DNA of 54,826 bases, counting the filler, from Thelocarpon superellum (lineage: Eukaryota), in the NCBI GenBank assembly GCA_026025795.1. It is 2 parts of 2 records of this genome, joined end to end, with 100 filler letters (N's around TTAATTAATTAA, not from the genome) between each part and the next. Parts side by side here need not be neighbours in the genome. Positions count along the whole stretch, not along the records: positions 1 to 27,385 come from JAPEUG010000247.1; 1 more part is not named here. One strand, given 5' to 3'. Shown here one piece after another: positions 12,897 through 26,165 of the stretch (positions within the stretch are counted from its first letter, which is position 1; every line of letters starts with the position of its first letter). The notes beneath the pieces are model-generated. The model saw only the letters and a list, made by a program, of their open reading frames with translations. It ran no database searches and was not told the origin of the DNA. A program made the position numbers and the translations under genes.

Positions 12897-13280
12897 CGTG
12901 AGGCAGTGGACCGGAGAAGGCTCTCTGGGATGGTCGGGCAGGAGTCGGTCAAGCTCTGGGATCCAGGCGGACAATCGAATGACTTGCCCAGGGCAAGATC
13001 ACGGCGTGTGCAATTCCGGCGGGAAAATCGTCGAAGACCTGGTTGATGTGCACGAAGGAATGTCCCCTGTCCCGAGCTCGATGCGTTGGTGCTACGTGCT
13101 ACATACCAGATATCGACAATCTGGCTTTGGCTGAATTCGCCAAATAATTCACAATTCCACCGCACGTGACATCAAAGTATGAATGGGTCTGCGCGATGGT
13201 GGCCTCTAAAGAATCAATTGTCTTAATCATCAAGCTCTCCCTCTCCTCATCCTCGCCCGAGGCTTGGGGACTGGATCAAG

Positions 13281-13796
13281 ATGACGGATGCCTCACGATT
13301 GAAAGCGACCCTCTATGTGGGTGGGCTCGACAATGCCGTCACGGCGCAGACGCTACATGCCGCTTTTCTGCCTTTTGGCGAGATCGTCGATGTCTCGCTG
13401 CCCAAGCCCGAGGCGCCCTCGTCGACCGATCCACACCGCGGATTCGGTTATGTTGAATTCGAGATGCCCGATGACGCCAAGGAGGCCATCGATAATATGG
13501 ACCAGAGCGAGCTATTCGGCCGGGTGATCAAGGTGGCCGCAGCAAAACCTCAGAAAGAGCGCACCGAAGGCCTGGGCAGTAAGACGGCTGTATGGCAACA
13601 GGTCAGAACCCTCCAACGCTTGCAGTTCTACGATCTCCCGTCTGACACTCGTGTGTAGGAGGGCTATTTGTCAAAGTACGCGGTCAGTGAGGAAGCTAAG
13701 TTGGCTGGCGGGCAGGCAGCGGCGGATGCTGAAGAAACTGTCGATCCTATGCAAGGGCTGGAAGGACTGGACGTAGCGGGGCCAAAGCCGGAATAG
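13281..13796 (+). CDS. RRM protein resembling the N-terminus of cyclophilin E (Cyp33/PPIE), without a PPIase domain
   Basis: TLYVGGL (RNP2), HRGFGYVEF (RNP1), AIDNMDQSELFGRVIKV; intron 13601-13658; ends DPMQGLEGLDVAGPKPE. Confidence 0.85.
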
Positions 13797-14954
13797 CATC
13801 GCATGGTCAAGCGATGCTCATTCACCGTCTGCATTGCACCAAGGCGTTGGGGGCACATACGAGGAGCATTTGGGAATCTCCCAAAAGGCAATCTTTGTTC
13901 CAGTGGGCCGCGGATACTTGAATTAGGGTACGAAGTACATAGGTTGGCGCCGATGCGGAGTCCGAGAAGGACCGCAGAGGACTCGCCCTCTGCCTGTAAG
14001 CGTCCGTCTCTTGCATCGGGCCTGATACCCTACCAATGCCGATCGACCTCGTCCGCCTTCTGACAACTCTCCCGGGCCTAACTCTCCCGAGCCCTACTCC
14101 TTCCGACTTGACCGCACCAATCGAAGCTGCTTGTCAACGGCAAACTTCCTTGCCATGGAATAGACCGCGGCACCAATGGCCACGCTGTGACAGGATTAGC
14201 CAGGAGGATCACAAGCATGGCTTAGGTAGCCTACCCAAGAACAACGCCTGATGAAGCCGACGGGTTAGCCATGGTTCCATCGCCGACCGAAGAGTCATTT
14301 GAGACACGAACCAAGCGGGATCAACTCTGGCGGGATCTTCTTGAGAGTGCGAATGCGTTGTGAGATGGTGTGGGCTGTCACGGCGGTTCAGTTCATCTCT
14401 GCTCGGTTGCTACTTGCAGAGCTCCCTCTCCATACCTCGGTGCTCCTCGTTCTATTGCATCACACGGTGGGCGTCAGCCTCCAGCTTCTCGTGATATCAA
14501 GAGGCCCGTCAAATACGTACCGGGTTGGCCAACTTCCGTGGCGTTGGACGCATGCGAAGGGCAGGCGAGGCCCGCATGCCCAAGCTATAGGTCGGGAGCA
14601 TGATGGACGCGGTAGACCGACCAAAGTGCAGAAGAACTTCAATGGATTAATTGGTCGTCAGACGATGTCGAGGGCCCTTTGAATGACTGAGAGGTGGCCG
14701 GATAGAAATGAACGTAATGCTGTGGTTGTTGTCCGACCCAAAATACCTAAGGTGGAGTGCGGGTACGAGTGCCAGGAGGTTGTGTGGTTCTGCGGCCGAT
14801 CGTCTTCAGCCACACGTGGCTCGGCTTCGTCGTCGGGAGCGACCGGAGGTTCACCGACGACCACCTCACAGCTACTCCGTCGCGCCAGCCCTTTCTTCCT
14901 CTACCAATTGCTTCCACGACACGTCCCATCCTCCCCTATTGCTAGTGCTCCATC

Positions 14955-15547
14955 ATGTCGGACAGCGAGGAGCGCGAAACGAAGCCGTTCAAGTTCGTGA
15001 CGGGTAAGTCTCTTGTCCCATCGCACGGTTCGGCCCTCCCAACTGATGACCCTGACTGACCTGCAACAGCCGGTATGCCAACCTGCCCTCTCCACACGCC
15101 AGTCGATGACTGACAGTCCGACTCGCTTTTAGGCTTCGATGCCCGTTTTCCGAACCAGAACCAGTATGGCCTGCGACGGTGCTCTGTTGGGGTTTCGACG
15201 AGTCACTGACGAGGATGCGTCCAGAACCAAGCATTGCTGGCAAAACTACGTCGACTACCACAAATGCGTCCTTGCCAAAGGCGAGGAATTTGCTCCCTGC
15301 CGTCAAGTCAGTGCTGTGCTCATCCCGAACACACTGCGGACGCAATATCTCCACCTCGGACACAGCTCCTAATGCTATGACAGTTCTTGTTGGCCTATCG
15401 GTCCCTCTGCCCGAGTGCATGGTGCCAGCGATGGGATGATCAGCGCGGTGCGCCGCCCGGACTGCCCTTCCATTTCCTTTGGACTCACGAGACTGATGTA
15501 GCCTTCTTACAGAGAATGGAAACTTCCCGGTCGATCTCGATCAATAG
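14955..15547 (+). CDS. COX12: Cytochrome c oxidase subunit VIb
   Basis: Six exons (14955-15003, 15070-15072, 15133-15163, 15225-15306, 15384-15447, 15513-15547) give [42 protein letters not shown]...CRQF...LCPSAWCQRWDDQRENGNFP. Confidence 0.95.
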
Positions 15548-15915
15548 AGGTGGGCATGAACGTGGATGTGGAAGGGATGGTATGATGTGTTGATGGACTA
15601 CAACTACCAAGCTAGGGAGAGAAGGGGTAGAAGAGACGACTGTAGCAATAGGCAAGATCATCGATCCTTTCAACACAAGACACGCTCCGTATCATGCTTG
15701 GCGCGGTTGCAGCTACAATGAGAGCGTCAATCGAGGTTGTCTACTGGTGCACATATACAGATACATCTTCAATTCTGTGAAAGCAGAGTACTTTTCCCGA
15801 CCAAGGGACGATGCACGCAGAAGACGGGAGCATTACGAGCCTAGCCCAATTCTCGGGCGAATATGACTGAAGGATGGGGACATTAGATGGTCGTTCCATT
15901 CATCCCTCTGGCTCC

Positions 15916-17611
<1,696 letters not shown>

Positions 17612-17686
17612 GATGAGCGTTGGATCACGGAGAAAGGCTTTTCGGAAGTGAGAAGTGGTCGAAACAAATCGTTGCACTCTCGGCGG

Positions 17687-17693
17687 TGAGTCA
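17687..17693. promoter_or_regulatory. Gcn4/CpcA (cross-pathway control) site TGAGTCA
   Basis: Perfect TGASTCA 76 bp upstream of the homocitrate synthase ATG; a second TGACTC at 17868-17873. Confidence 0.55.
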
Positions 17694-18202
17694 GTCCACA
17701 GTAGGATCCGTCGAGGTAGCGGTAGCGGTGCCGGCTTTGGTTGGTCAGTCACGATTGAATTGGCTCGACGGACGACGAGCAAGAAGCTCTATGGCCTATC
17801 GTGAAAGCTTTCAAAAGTACCTTCGCCGTTTGCTTCAATGGCCAATTCAATTCCACAAAGACGATTGTGACTCCTCACCGCAGCTGTTGCTTTCCGCCGT
17901 TACTTGTATACTCGTCCGCCGTCTTGATCTCGAAGGACTTCGTAGGGAAAAGTTTCCCCCGAGCGGATTGGCCAGACCCTGGCCCCAAACGTAATTTGGC
18001 GTCTGCCGACCGGCTTTCGGCTTAGCAGGTCATGCACCCCGACCGCCACGAGGTGCGATATCGGCATGACCGGACCGGTGGCCGTCGAATTTGCGCATTC
18101 CAATGCAACCACAAGCGCACCCAACTATCCCAAGATGACCGTCACGCGGCCCAGCAACGGGTCATTCAAGATATGGAGAGCCCCGAGCAATTCACCTTGA
18201 GA

Positions 18203-20209
18203 CTACTGATCTTCATATTCATGGAACCTCTGATGTGCCGGCATAGCAAAGAGAGGCATGATAGTACCACACACGCTGCACGTATCGCCACTTGAGGTGG
18301 CATCTTCATCCTCAGCCCATACCCCGTCTTCGTCTGACATGTCGCCCTCACCAGGCCCTGCGAATGCTTTCTCTTTGGTGACCGGTCCGTAAGCTGGAGG
18401 AACGTCGCGATCCTCTACCTGCCACTCCTTCAGCACCCGCTCTTGGGTGGTAAACATCCGCTTGATGTCCCGATCCGCGCCCGCGGGGCCGTCTCGCTCG
18501 TCGACCGCGGCTTCAACGATATTCGTCGCCGCAACGTTCACTAAGCTGAGATCTAAGCCGGCCGTATCAGGGTGTAGCTTCTTGAACTGGGGCCACAGAG
18601 CTTCCTGCACTAGCTTGGCTGCTGTCGCCTCCACGCCAGTCGAGAGGGAGAAGACAAAGTGAGGCATGGGGCCGGACCGCGAGATGCGCTTGAATGACCG
18701 GGAACGGCTCCCATCGCGATTGCGCGGGGGTCGTGGTCTGGTCGTGAGCCGCAACGTCCGGGGATGGGCGATCCAACGCTTTTTGGCTCCGCCCGCATCT
18801 TGACGATCATCATGCGAGTGCATCACCCCATCTCCGGCACCGTCCCCCTCACTCTCGACTTCGTTCTCGAGTAGATCCACTTGCATCCGGTAGAGCAGGC
18901 TTCGAGACAGCTTCTGGAGCTGGGCTTGAATTTGGTCGAGATTGTCTAGGTTAAGATAGCTATCCTCGATGCTGATCTGTTTCGGGACCCTTCGGGACCG
19001 CTCGACCTCCGCATCATCAACGCCGTGGAGTAGCCCCCAGATGCGAGGGCCAATATCTCGAGGAGCACCGGGCCCACCGAGGATTTGGTCCAGCAGCTCT
19101 GGACCCATGCCGGGAAAGCGCCGGACGGTGCAGACGGTCACATCCTCTTTGGTACCGCCATAGATCAGGCCCTCGTCGATATTTGGAGCACGCCCTAGGA
19201 CACGATGACGGATCTTTTGAGCAAACTTGAAGCCAATGCCGGGGATCTTGCCCACGTCATGCGCGTCGATAAACGTAGTGACGTTGTCATCCAGGGGGGA
19301 CGGGGTAGTGTAGGGCGGGCGTAGAGTCGTTTGCGAGTTGGGTTTATGGCAGTTTCCCACCAGCTTCGATAGCAGCTTGGACGTCGAGATTCCCACCGTA
19401 GCCGTATAGCCGTGGTGTGCTTCCAGCTGGCGGCGGAGGAACTGAGCCAGGTGTGAGCCTAGTATCAGCCGATTCTCCAACGAGGCGCTGATCTCGTCCG
19501 TGGCTCCCTCCTTCGCAGACCATGAAGGCTTTGTTCGAGAGGGGAAGGCGTGGCCCCAGACTTCGGTAGCATCGTAAGGAAAGCCCACGGTCGGATCGTT
19601 CTTGGACAAGTGGAAGAAGCAGTGCGCGAGGTCGTGAGCATTGAGGAATTCCAGATTGTATTGAATCATGTCGGTGACGTCGAGGAAGACCTAAAGAGGA
19701 CCGCATCAGACATGCCCCACATGCGTGCGTCCCTCCCGCGTGCAGCCTCACCTCATCGAATCCCAATCTCTCGGCTCGGTGGCTCCAGATGTAGCTCTGA
19801 AGGAACTCAAACAGGGCCTTGGAGGCATTGCGAAAGCGTGTCAGGTCCTCTCCCAGCACAATTATCACCTCCGGACAGATCTGGCGGGCTTCGGTGATCA
19901 ATTGAAGCTTGTGTAAGCCCTGGCGTGACCGTCAATCATGACGGGTCGGACATCGGGTGCACTACGCGAGGATACCTGGCGACGAGCTTCGTAATTACAG
20001 GTCACGATGATCTGTTTTTGTTGCACGGCCAAGGGCAGATTTCGTAAGGCCGGATTCTCAGCCTCGAACACGGCGGCATAGAAGCAGTCATAGTCCTTGA
20101 AGGCCCGTCAGCCCTACCACAACCATGACATCTTACGGTTGGACCATACAAAGTGGATGATGACCCGATCATCGCGAGTCTTTAGGCCATTCCTTCTTGA
20201 AACTTGCAT
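18203..20209 (-). CDS. Y-family translesion DNA polymerase (fungal pol iota-like)
   Basis: Spliced IIHF|DYDCFYAAV, QQKQIIVTCNYEARR, RLGFDE|VFLDVT, GISTSKLLSKL, IPGIG; C-terminal UBZ-like CSVC...HQRFH. Confidence 0.88.
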
Positions 20210-20937
20210 CCCCGCGTCCCCATCATACGCGTCGGCTTGGACGAGGGCGTGTGGGGAGGTGCGTGGCCAGGCTCTCGAGCTACGGCAATGGTCTTCGCAG
20301 AGCCTCGGGACTCGGACAGATCTCTCTGAGTAATCACTTTGATCTCTCCAATGCCATGCGATACGCGCCACAAACCAAATGCTCTCTATGCGATATTTAG
20401 CACCAAATCTCGCAGATAAAGCCAAGTGGGTGGCCATGCTACTAGCGAATAAATTAAGCGTCCGCTGCGGCTACACTATGTTACGCCACGTATGAAAGTT
20501 TGGGTGTGGCGAGCTGGCAGGTGACAGGCAAGGCGGCCGCGCCCACCACAATCCTGCTCGCGGACGCGCAAACCTACTCGTACCGTGCCAGTCCCACGTT
20601 GATTAGACGTTCCAGGCCGTCGTGGCGGATATATCTTTATTGCATCGCCTGTGAACTGGCACGCGGCAGACGAAGTTGAGATGCGGGGTGCATCGGCGAG
20701 CATGGAGCGGCAGCAGGATCTGGAAGACAGTGGTGAAGATCTGGCTTGTGGTAGGGGCGTTCAGAGATCAGAGATTAGCCAGATTAATCCAGCACGAGCA
20801 TCCGCCATCGTCGCCGGCACTCCTCGATCTCCTGCGTTTCCTCTGCACAAGCTGTATAGAGGACTCCGAGACCTCATCGGGCCAAGCATATGTGATGACC
20901 CCTTCTCCAAGGTCCTTCAACTTGCACGCGTGACGTG

Positions 20938-22224
20938 ATGCGAGGCTTTCTGTTGGTCCTGTGTACCGGGTTTCAGGGTCCAACCGTCTGGGCGCAGCAT
21001 CTGCTCCACAACAAACCGGCCCCTGTCGCACCACTTCACCTGAGCTTGACGCCGATCAACACCACCCACGTCCAGGTCACCGTCTGCAATGAGAATGAGC
21101 ATGACCTGTCCTTGCTATCGTGGAACAACGTCTTCGACGCCGGGGCGGAGCATCGAAGCTTTCGGGTGTCATCGACGGCGCACAGTGCCCTCGATGAAGT
21201 GGGGCCCGCCGCAGGCGCCGTGACGAAGCAGTACACGTTGGTGCACCCGCACCATTTCCTCACCATCTCAGCCCACTCCAATTGGACCCACCTGGTACAC
21301 TTGACCGCCTCTTTCCTGGTGGCCGAGGCTGGTGAATATGCCGTCTCCATCCATGGCCCGTTCCTCGTTGCCGAGGATCTCTCGCGGCCGCATATACTCG
21401 TGCAGGCCGAGGTCGTGGCCGATAATATCACGATGAACCTCGACGCTTCGCAATCACATACGGAAACGGAAACGCATCGGGAGGAGGGCGAGGTGCTGCG
21501 ACGGGACGAAAGCAACTTTGACCTATGCAATGCAACACAAATCTCCATCATCCGAGATGCCTTGGACGCAACCATCGGGACGGCAGCCCTCTCCTGGATT
21601 GTGCTCACCCGTTCGTCGCGCCATCGAAACTTTCTGCAAAACAAAGCGTGGGAACGGTACTTTGGTGGCGACGAAGCTATGAAAGCACGTGTGGCCGACG
21701 TCTTTTTGTCCATCTCCCGCTACGACATCAATGCCACTGCCTCGAGTCCGATTCTCTGGACATGCGCCCAGTCCTCGCCACTGAACTCGACGTCCTACAG
21801 CGGTCGATGTCAGTCTCATTCCAACACCACCAGCTTTATCCAAGGCGACAAGCTACGCGCTCCTCAGGCCCGCGTGGTCCTGTGTCCACGCTTCTTCGAC
21901 CAGGTGCCTTTCAGCAGCGCCTGCCACGCTCCGAAGCCGCAGTATCGCCGTGGCTCGCCGGTGACATACCCAGAAGATCAGGCGTATTTTCTCCTGTTGG
22001 ACCTCCTATTCTGCCCCAAGGTGGCTGGCCGGACGATGATCGGCTCGCACATAACCCCGGACCCGTTTATGTCCAGCTTATTTTTGGTGCCTTCACTGGA
22101 CGGGCACCACTATGCCCACAATTATGCATACTACGCCGCCACCATCCGGCATCTGGTGCGTCACATGCCATGTGGTAGAACCAAGGCGGATGTCACCGCA
22201 CAGCAGTCGACGCCGCCGAGGTGA
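20938..22224 (+). CDS. Secreted deuterolysin-like (peptidase M35) protein lacking HEXXH
   Basis: Signal peptide, M35-like prodomain, LRR processing site, WERYFG, VLCPRFF, DQAYFLLLDLLFCP (aligns to DQATTTLHEFTHAP), YAHNYAYYA; intronless. Confidence 0.7.
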   Translation: MRGFLLVLCTGFQGPTVWAQHLLHNKPAPVAPLHLSLTPINTTHVQVTVCNENEHDLSLLSWNNVFDAGAEHRSFRVSSTAHSALDEVGPAAGAVTKQYTLVHPHHFLTISAHSNWTHLVHLTASFLVAEAGEYAVSIHGPFLVAEDLSRPHILVQAEVVADNITMNLDASQSHTETETHREEGEVLRRDESNFDLCNATQISIIRDALDATIGTAALSWIVLTRSSRHRNFLQNKAWERYFGGDEAMKARVADVFLSISRYDINATASSPILWTCAQSSPLNSTSYSGRCQSHSNTTSFIQGDKLRAPQARVVLCPRFFDQVPFSSACHAPKPQYRRGSPVTYPEDQAYFLLLDLLFCPKVAGRTMIGSHITPDPFMSSLFLVPSLDGHHYAHNYAYYAATIRHLVRHMPCGRTKADVTAQQSTPPR

Positions 22225-24073
22225 CAGTGTGCGCGTCGACGTTTGCCGCTCGTTGCTTGCTCCAAGACTTACAGAACAGTATGCGGCGGCGTCATAAACC
22301 ACGCGAGGTCCGAGCAATCAGCGGGGCTTCCTACTTCTTTCGAGATTGGCGATGGGCGAGAACAGGGCCCCGTCTTGATCCGGCATGGCGGCCGGTTGAG
22401 ATGATCATTATGGCATTTTTCCGTGCCCTACCGCAACATGCCAAAATCGGCCGTAATGTGCCCACTTACCCCAAATGCCATGTGTAATGCGACCCCTCCT
22501 CACCTGAGTGCGCCTGGATCGGCTTCATTTCAGCCAACTTGAAAATTGGATCTCTTCCGACGGAGGGTCAGATGAGCCGTGCAAAGCACGAGTTAGAAGC
22601 GGAGATGAATAAATCTTGCTTTTTTGCATTCCGCGCAACGAACGGAAGCGATCATGAAATTGTGTGACGGCGCGGAGCACATCAGGATCCGGAGGGCAGC
22701 AGACGTGGGGATTTGTGCATGATGCATCGCGAATGGCGCATCGGCGAGGTGAGCCACACTTCACATGATGCGGGTGAGACGGATCAGAGTCTCTTCGATG
22801 CCAGATTTAGTTGCCACGCGGTCTGACCAGAAGCGGTTCTGATCGCGTGAGGATTAGGCGACAAGGACGATGAGGGCAACGAGGGTCGGCTGGAACTCAT
22901 CCGGTCAGCGTAGGGATGCTCTGCCGCGTCGACAGACCAACTCCACGTCAGCTTCTCGGATCCGCCGTCAGAGAACGAGACGGATGAGCTCATCCGCGGA
23001 CGCTGGGACGAGGGAGCGGTCACACCGACACGAGCGCAACGGAGAAGGTTCGGTGGAGAGTGAAGCAGGTGGAAGCGACGCCTCGATTCGGGAGCGATCT
23101 GGTCTTCTCGGGCATGTCGAGACGGTGTGGCGAGGCGGTCTCAAAGGCCGTCTTACCGGGTCGGTTGAGGCTTTCGCGCCCGTTAGGATATTCCTGGAGC
23201 CCCCCGACCAATGGGAGCCGATGACTGGCGCGCAGCCCCCAGTAGATGCCGAGGGAGTCGGCGCTTTGCAACTCGGATGATCCCTGCAGCCATGCAACGA
23301 CTGGTGCACAGCCGCAGCAGGGTGCAAAAAAGAACAGGGTTCGTCTCATTCACGCCGGGGGGCTGTTCGAATTACGTAGGCGGGGCCGTCCGCACAGCTG
23401 TCTCTAGTCGCCGAGATTGTGATGCTGCTCCAAAAATACTCTGGGGGCACTGTGGCTTCTTTCACCCAACAACGGGAGCCCTTCGGACGCCGGTGTGACC
23501 GAAGCTTGTCACGGTGTTGTCCCCGTACCAGCTCCGCGCATGCTCACATCCTCTCAGCTTCTACGCCTCGTCGGAGCATCTGCTGCCGAGTCTACCAGGG
23601 GCTGCGGTGCATTTTGGGCCACTGCTCCCCGCGCCTTCCGTCCCTAGGCGTGATGGCGACCGTCATGCGCCCGCGTGCCCAGGGCATGGCCACGCATGGT
23701 TGTACATCATGGAGGTCCGACGTGCGCTCCGTGCCTCCTTCTCCGCTCCTTCTCATGCCATGGGCCCGCCGCTCCTCCTGGTGATCCAACCACGGTGTCG
23801 ATTTGATGACGCATGTCGCATCTGCCCCGCTTGATTATAAGCTTCTCTCGCGCCCTCTTCCATAACCTTCCCCACGCATAGCTGAAATTGGAGCAAAAGG
23901 AAACCCGATGGAAGGGTAATGCATCCACACGATAGCATTAACCTACTCGCGGGAACATCACCTTCAGCGGCCCAAGCTTGATCTCTCTTCTCGTAATGCC
24001 CGTGGGTCTTGCGCTCGCCGGCGACACAGCAACCTCATCAGTACAAATACAAGGACACCGGATGTCCCTGTGA

Positions 24074-24982
24074 ATGGCAGCAAGCACGGCCACGATCCTC
24101 CCCACCACCGCCGATACGATGCTGTGCCTGCCGCGGCCACCGCCATCCATGGCTCTCAAGGCTCCACCACACCATCACCATCACCTCACGCCCCATCACA
24201 TCTCGCTCGGTGCGTCCGACAACTCCACCCGTTCGGTCAAGCGGCCCAAACTCTCTCTGCAAACGACGGCCTTGACGGGCCGACCCATCTTTGGGAGTGC
24301 TAGCCCGTCGCCCCCCAAGACCACCACAGTCCCCAACTACCTCTCGTCATCCGCGGTCCGCAACACCCTCTCCAGCGCCTACCATCACTCTCCTCAGCGG
24401 GCCTTCTCCCCCAAGCACGCCCACCAAACCAGCAACGGCAGTCCTATCAACCGCATTCACCTGATCGTCTCCCCGTCCTCGGAGCCGCGGTACAACCAAC
24501 CCAACGGTCTCCAATCCATCCTCTGCCACAGTCCTCTTCGCCGTCGGCGGACCCCGAGCAGCAGTCTCACGACGCCCACCTTCTCCAAACCGCGGACGAC
24601 CTCGAAGAAAACCATCTCCTTCAGCACCCCGCTTGAAGAGGAAATCCACACGACGACCTACACCTGTTCTCATCTCCGTCTGGTCGAAGAAGAGGCCGAG
24701 GCGGCAGCGGCAGCTAATGAGTGGACGGCCGACGATGAGACCCGCAGCACGAAGCCGCCCGCTTTCCGAGCTGATGAATCCCACCCCATCAACATCCTCG
24801 CGGAAAGCGAGACGGGCGTCGAATCACGGGTCGCGCGAGCCAGCAAACGAGACGCCAAGCGCAAGTGGGTATGGACGTTAGATCCGACCAGCGAGGAGTA
24901 CGACGGGGAAGAGGTCATTGAGAGGGTGGCAGCAGCAGCCGCTCAGGAGAAGAGTATTCTTAGCCCGACGGACAGGGCGTGA
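24074..24982 (+). CDS. Hypothetical Ser/Pro/Thr-rich disordered protein
   Basis: 302-aa ORF with coding-like composition and motif islands KRPKLSLQT, KKTISFSTPLEEEIHTTTYTCSH and KRKWVWTL. The true start may be a downstream ATG. Confidence 0.7.
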   Translation: MAASTATILPTTADTMLCLPRPPPSMALKAPPHHHHHLTPHHISLGASDNSTRSVKRPKLSLQTTALTGRPIFGSASPSPPKTTTVPNYLSSSAVRNTLSSAYHHSPQRAFSPKHAHQTSNGSPINRIHLIVSPSSEPRYNQPNGLQSILCHSPLRRRRTPSSSLTTPTFSKPRTTSKKTISFSTPLEEEIHTTTYTCSHLRLVEEEAEAAAAANEWTADDETRSTKPPAFRADESHPINILAESETGVESRVARASKRDAKRKWVWTLDPTSEEYDGEEVIERVAAAAAQEKSILSPTDRA

Positions 24983-25270
24983 GCAGTGAAAGAAACCCGG
25001 TACCCGATACCCGATACCCTGCACAAACGTGACGACACGATATGAGACGACCATGGAGAGGGAGAGGGGAAGATAGGGACGGAGAGACTTGGAATACATA
25101 GAAGGGACTGGAGGATCAGGGATGTATAGTCAATTGCGGACGTACTGTACGGAGGGATATATCGACCATATGTCGTGCGATCATAGGATATAAATACCGC
25201 GGTCCAACGCCTCACCCCTTGGCGCACGCATGACAAACGACTGGTTCTTTGGATGTTCCCATCTTAAAAC

Positions 25271-25271
<1 letters not shown>

Positions 25272-25310
<39 letters not shown>
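25272..25310. repeat. (CAT)13 microsatellite
   Basis: Seen directly between convergent genes. Confidence 0.95.
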
Positions 25311-25312
<2 letters not shown>

Positions 25313-25345
25313 CATGGTCTATTCTGTTCCTCGTCCACCCTTACC

Positions 25346-26165
25346 TCACCCTCTCTGGCCCGTGGCAGAAATCGCGACGCTATTTCCCGTTGCCCCCACA
25401 AAGACGACTTCGACAGCGGCGAATGCGGCGGTAGCGGCAAAGATCTCGACCCGGCGAGCATCGGTAGCGACGGCGAGGATAAAGGAGAAGAGAAAGGTGA
25501 AGACGACGATCAGGCCGAGGCTGGTGAGCGTGGAGGGCGAAAAGTAGAGGACGATGGTGCAGACTGTGGGGAGGAGCGAGGCCAGGACGGTGGTGATGGT
25601 GTTGGCGACAGCGAGCAGGCTGTCGTCTGCGTGGATGCGAATGCCGCTCTCGACGTCGGCCGTGTTGGGCTTCACGAGGCGGTAGGCGCCCATGCGGTGC
25701 ACGAAGGGGACCAGAGAATCCGTCAGCCATCGTGAGAGACGGTCGCTCTCGGCGTGGCGGGCACAGATGGTGACGAGCTCCTTGGAGGCCTCCTTGTCGT
25801 CCCACACATGGGCTTCTCGTCCTAGCAGCGCGCAGTTGCCCATTTTCGGCCGTTTGAGCCAGTCTCGGAGGAAGCGAAGATCGTAGCTGTTGCGTCCAGG
25901 GAGCCTATATAGCTGGGACATTGGAGGAGAGCGGTGTCTACGTACGTCCATCCGCTCGCGTCCCCATGATCAGGCCAAGGAGGCAAGAAGCTGTTGAATC
26001 ATCGACTTGTCTGTGATCATCCGTCGAGGGGCAGACAGCCTGGCTGTAGACAGCGAGCTTCTCGCGGATCTCGAGCACCTTCCGCCAGTGTAAGTTCGAT
26101 CGAGTGTGAGCGGAGAGATGAAGCCGTAATAGTAGAAGAGTCATACATTGACGCTCTGTCCACAC
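25346..26165 (-). pseudogene. DUF6594-like membrane protein gene, apparently degenerate (frameshift, eroded 5' part)
   Basis: C-terminus SQLYRLP...LRFLRDWL...ASLLPTVCTIVLY...EIFAATAAFAAVEVVFV is typical of the family. The upstream piece WRKVLEIREKLAVY and the post-acceptor NTALLQ lie in a different frame from SQLYRLP. Confidence 0.5.

Noticed and set aside
22225..24073. Many overlapping 60-136 aa ORFs
   Set aside because: No recognisable motifs or consistent splice model; treated as intergenic/UTR, though a diverged gene cannot be excluded.
25230..25547. ORF with a poly-His tract
   Set aside because: Produced by the (CAT)13 microsatellite and the antisense strand of the DUF6594-like gene.
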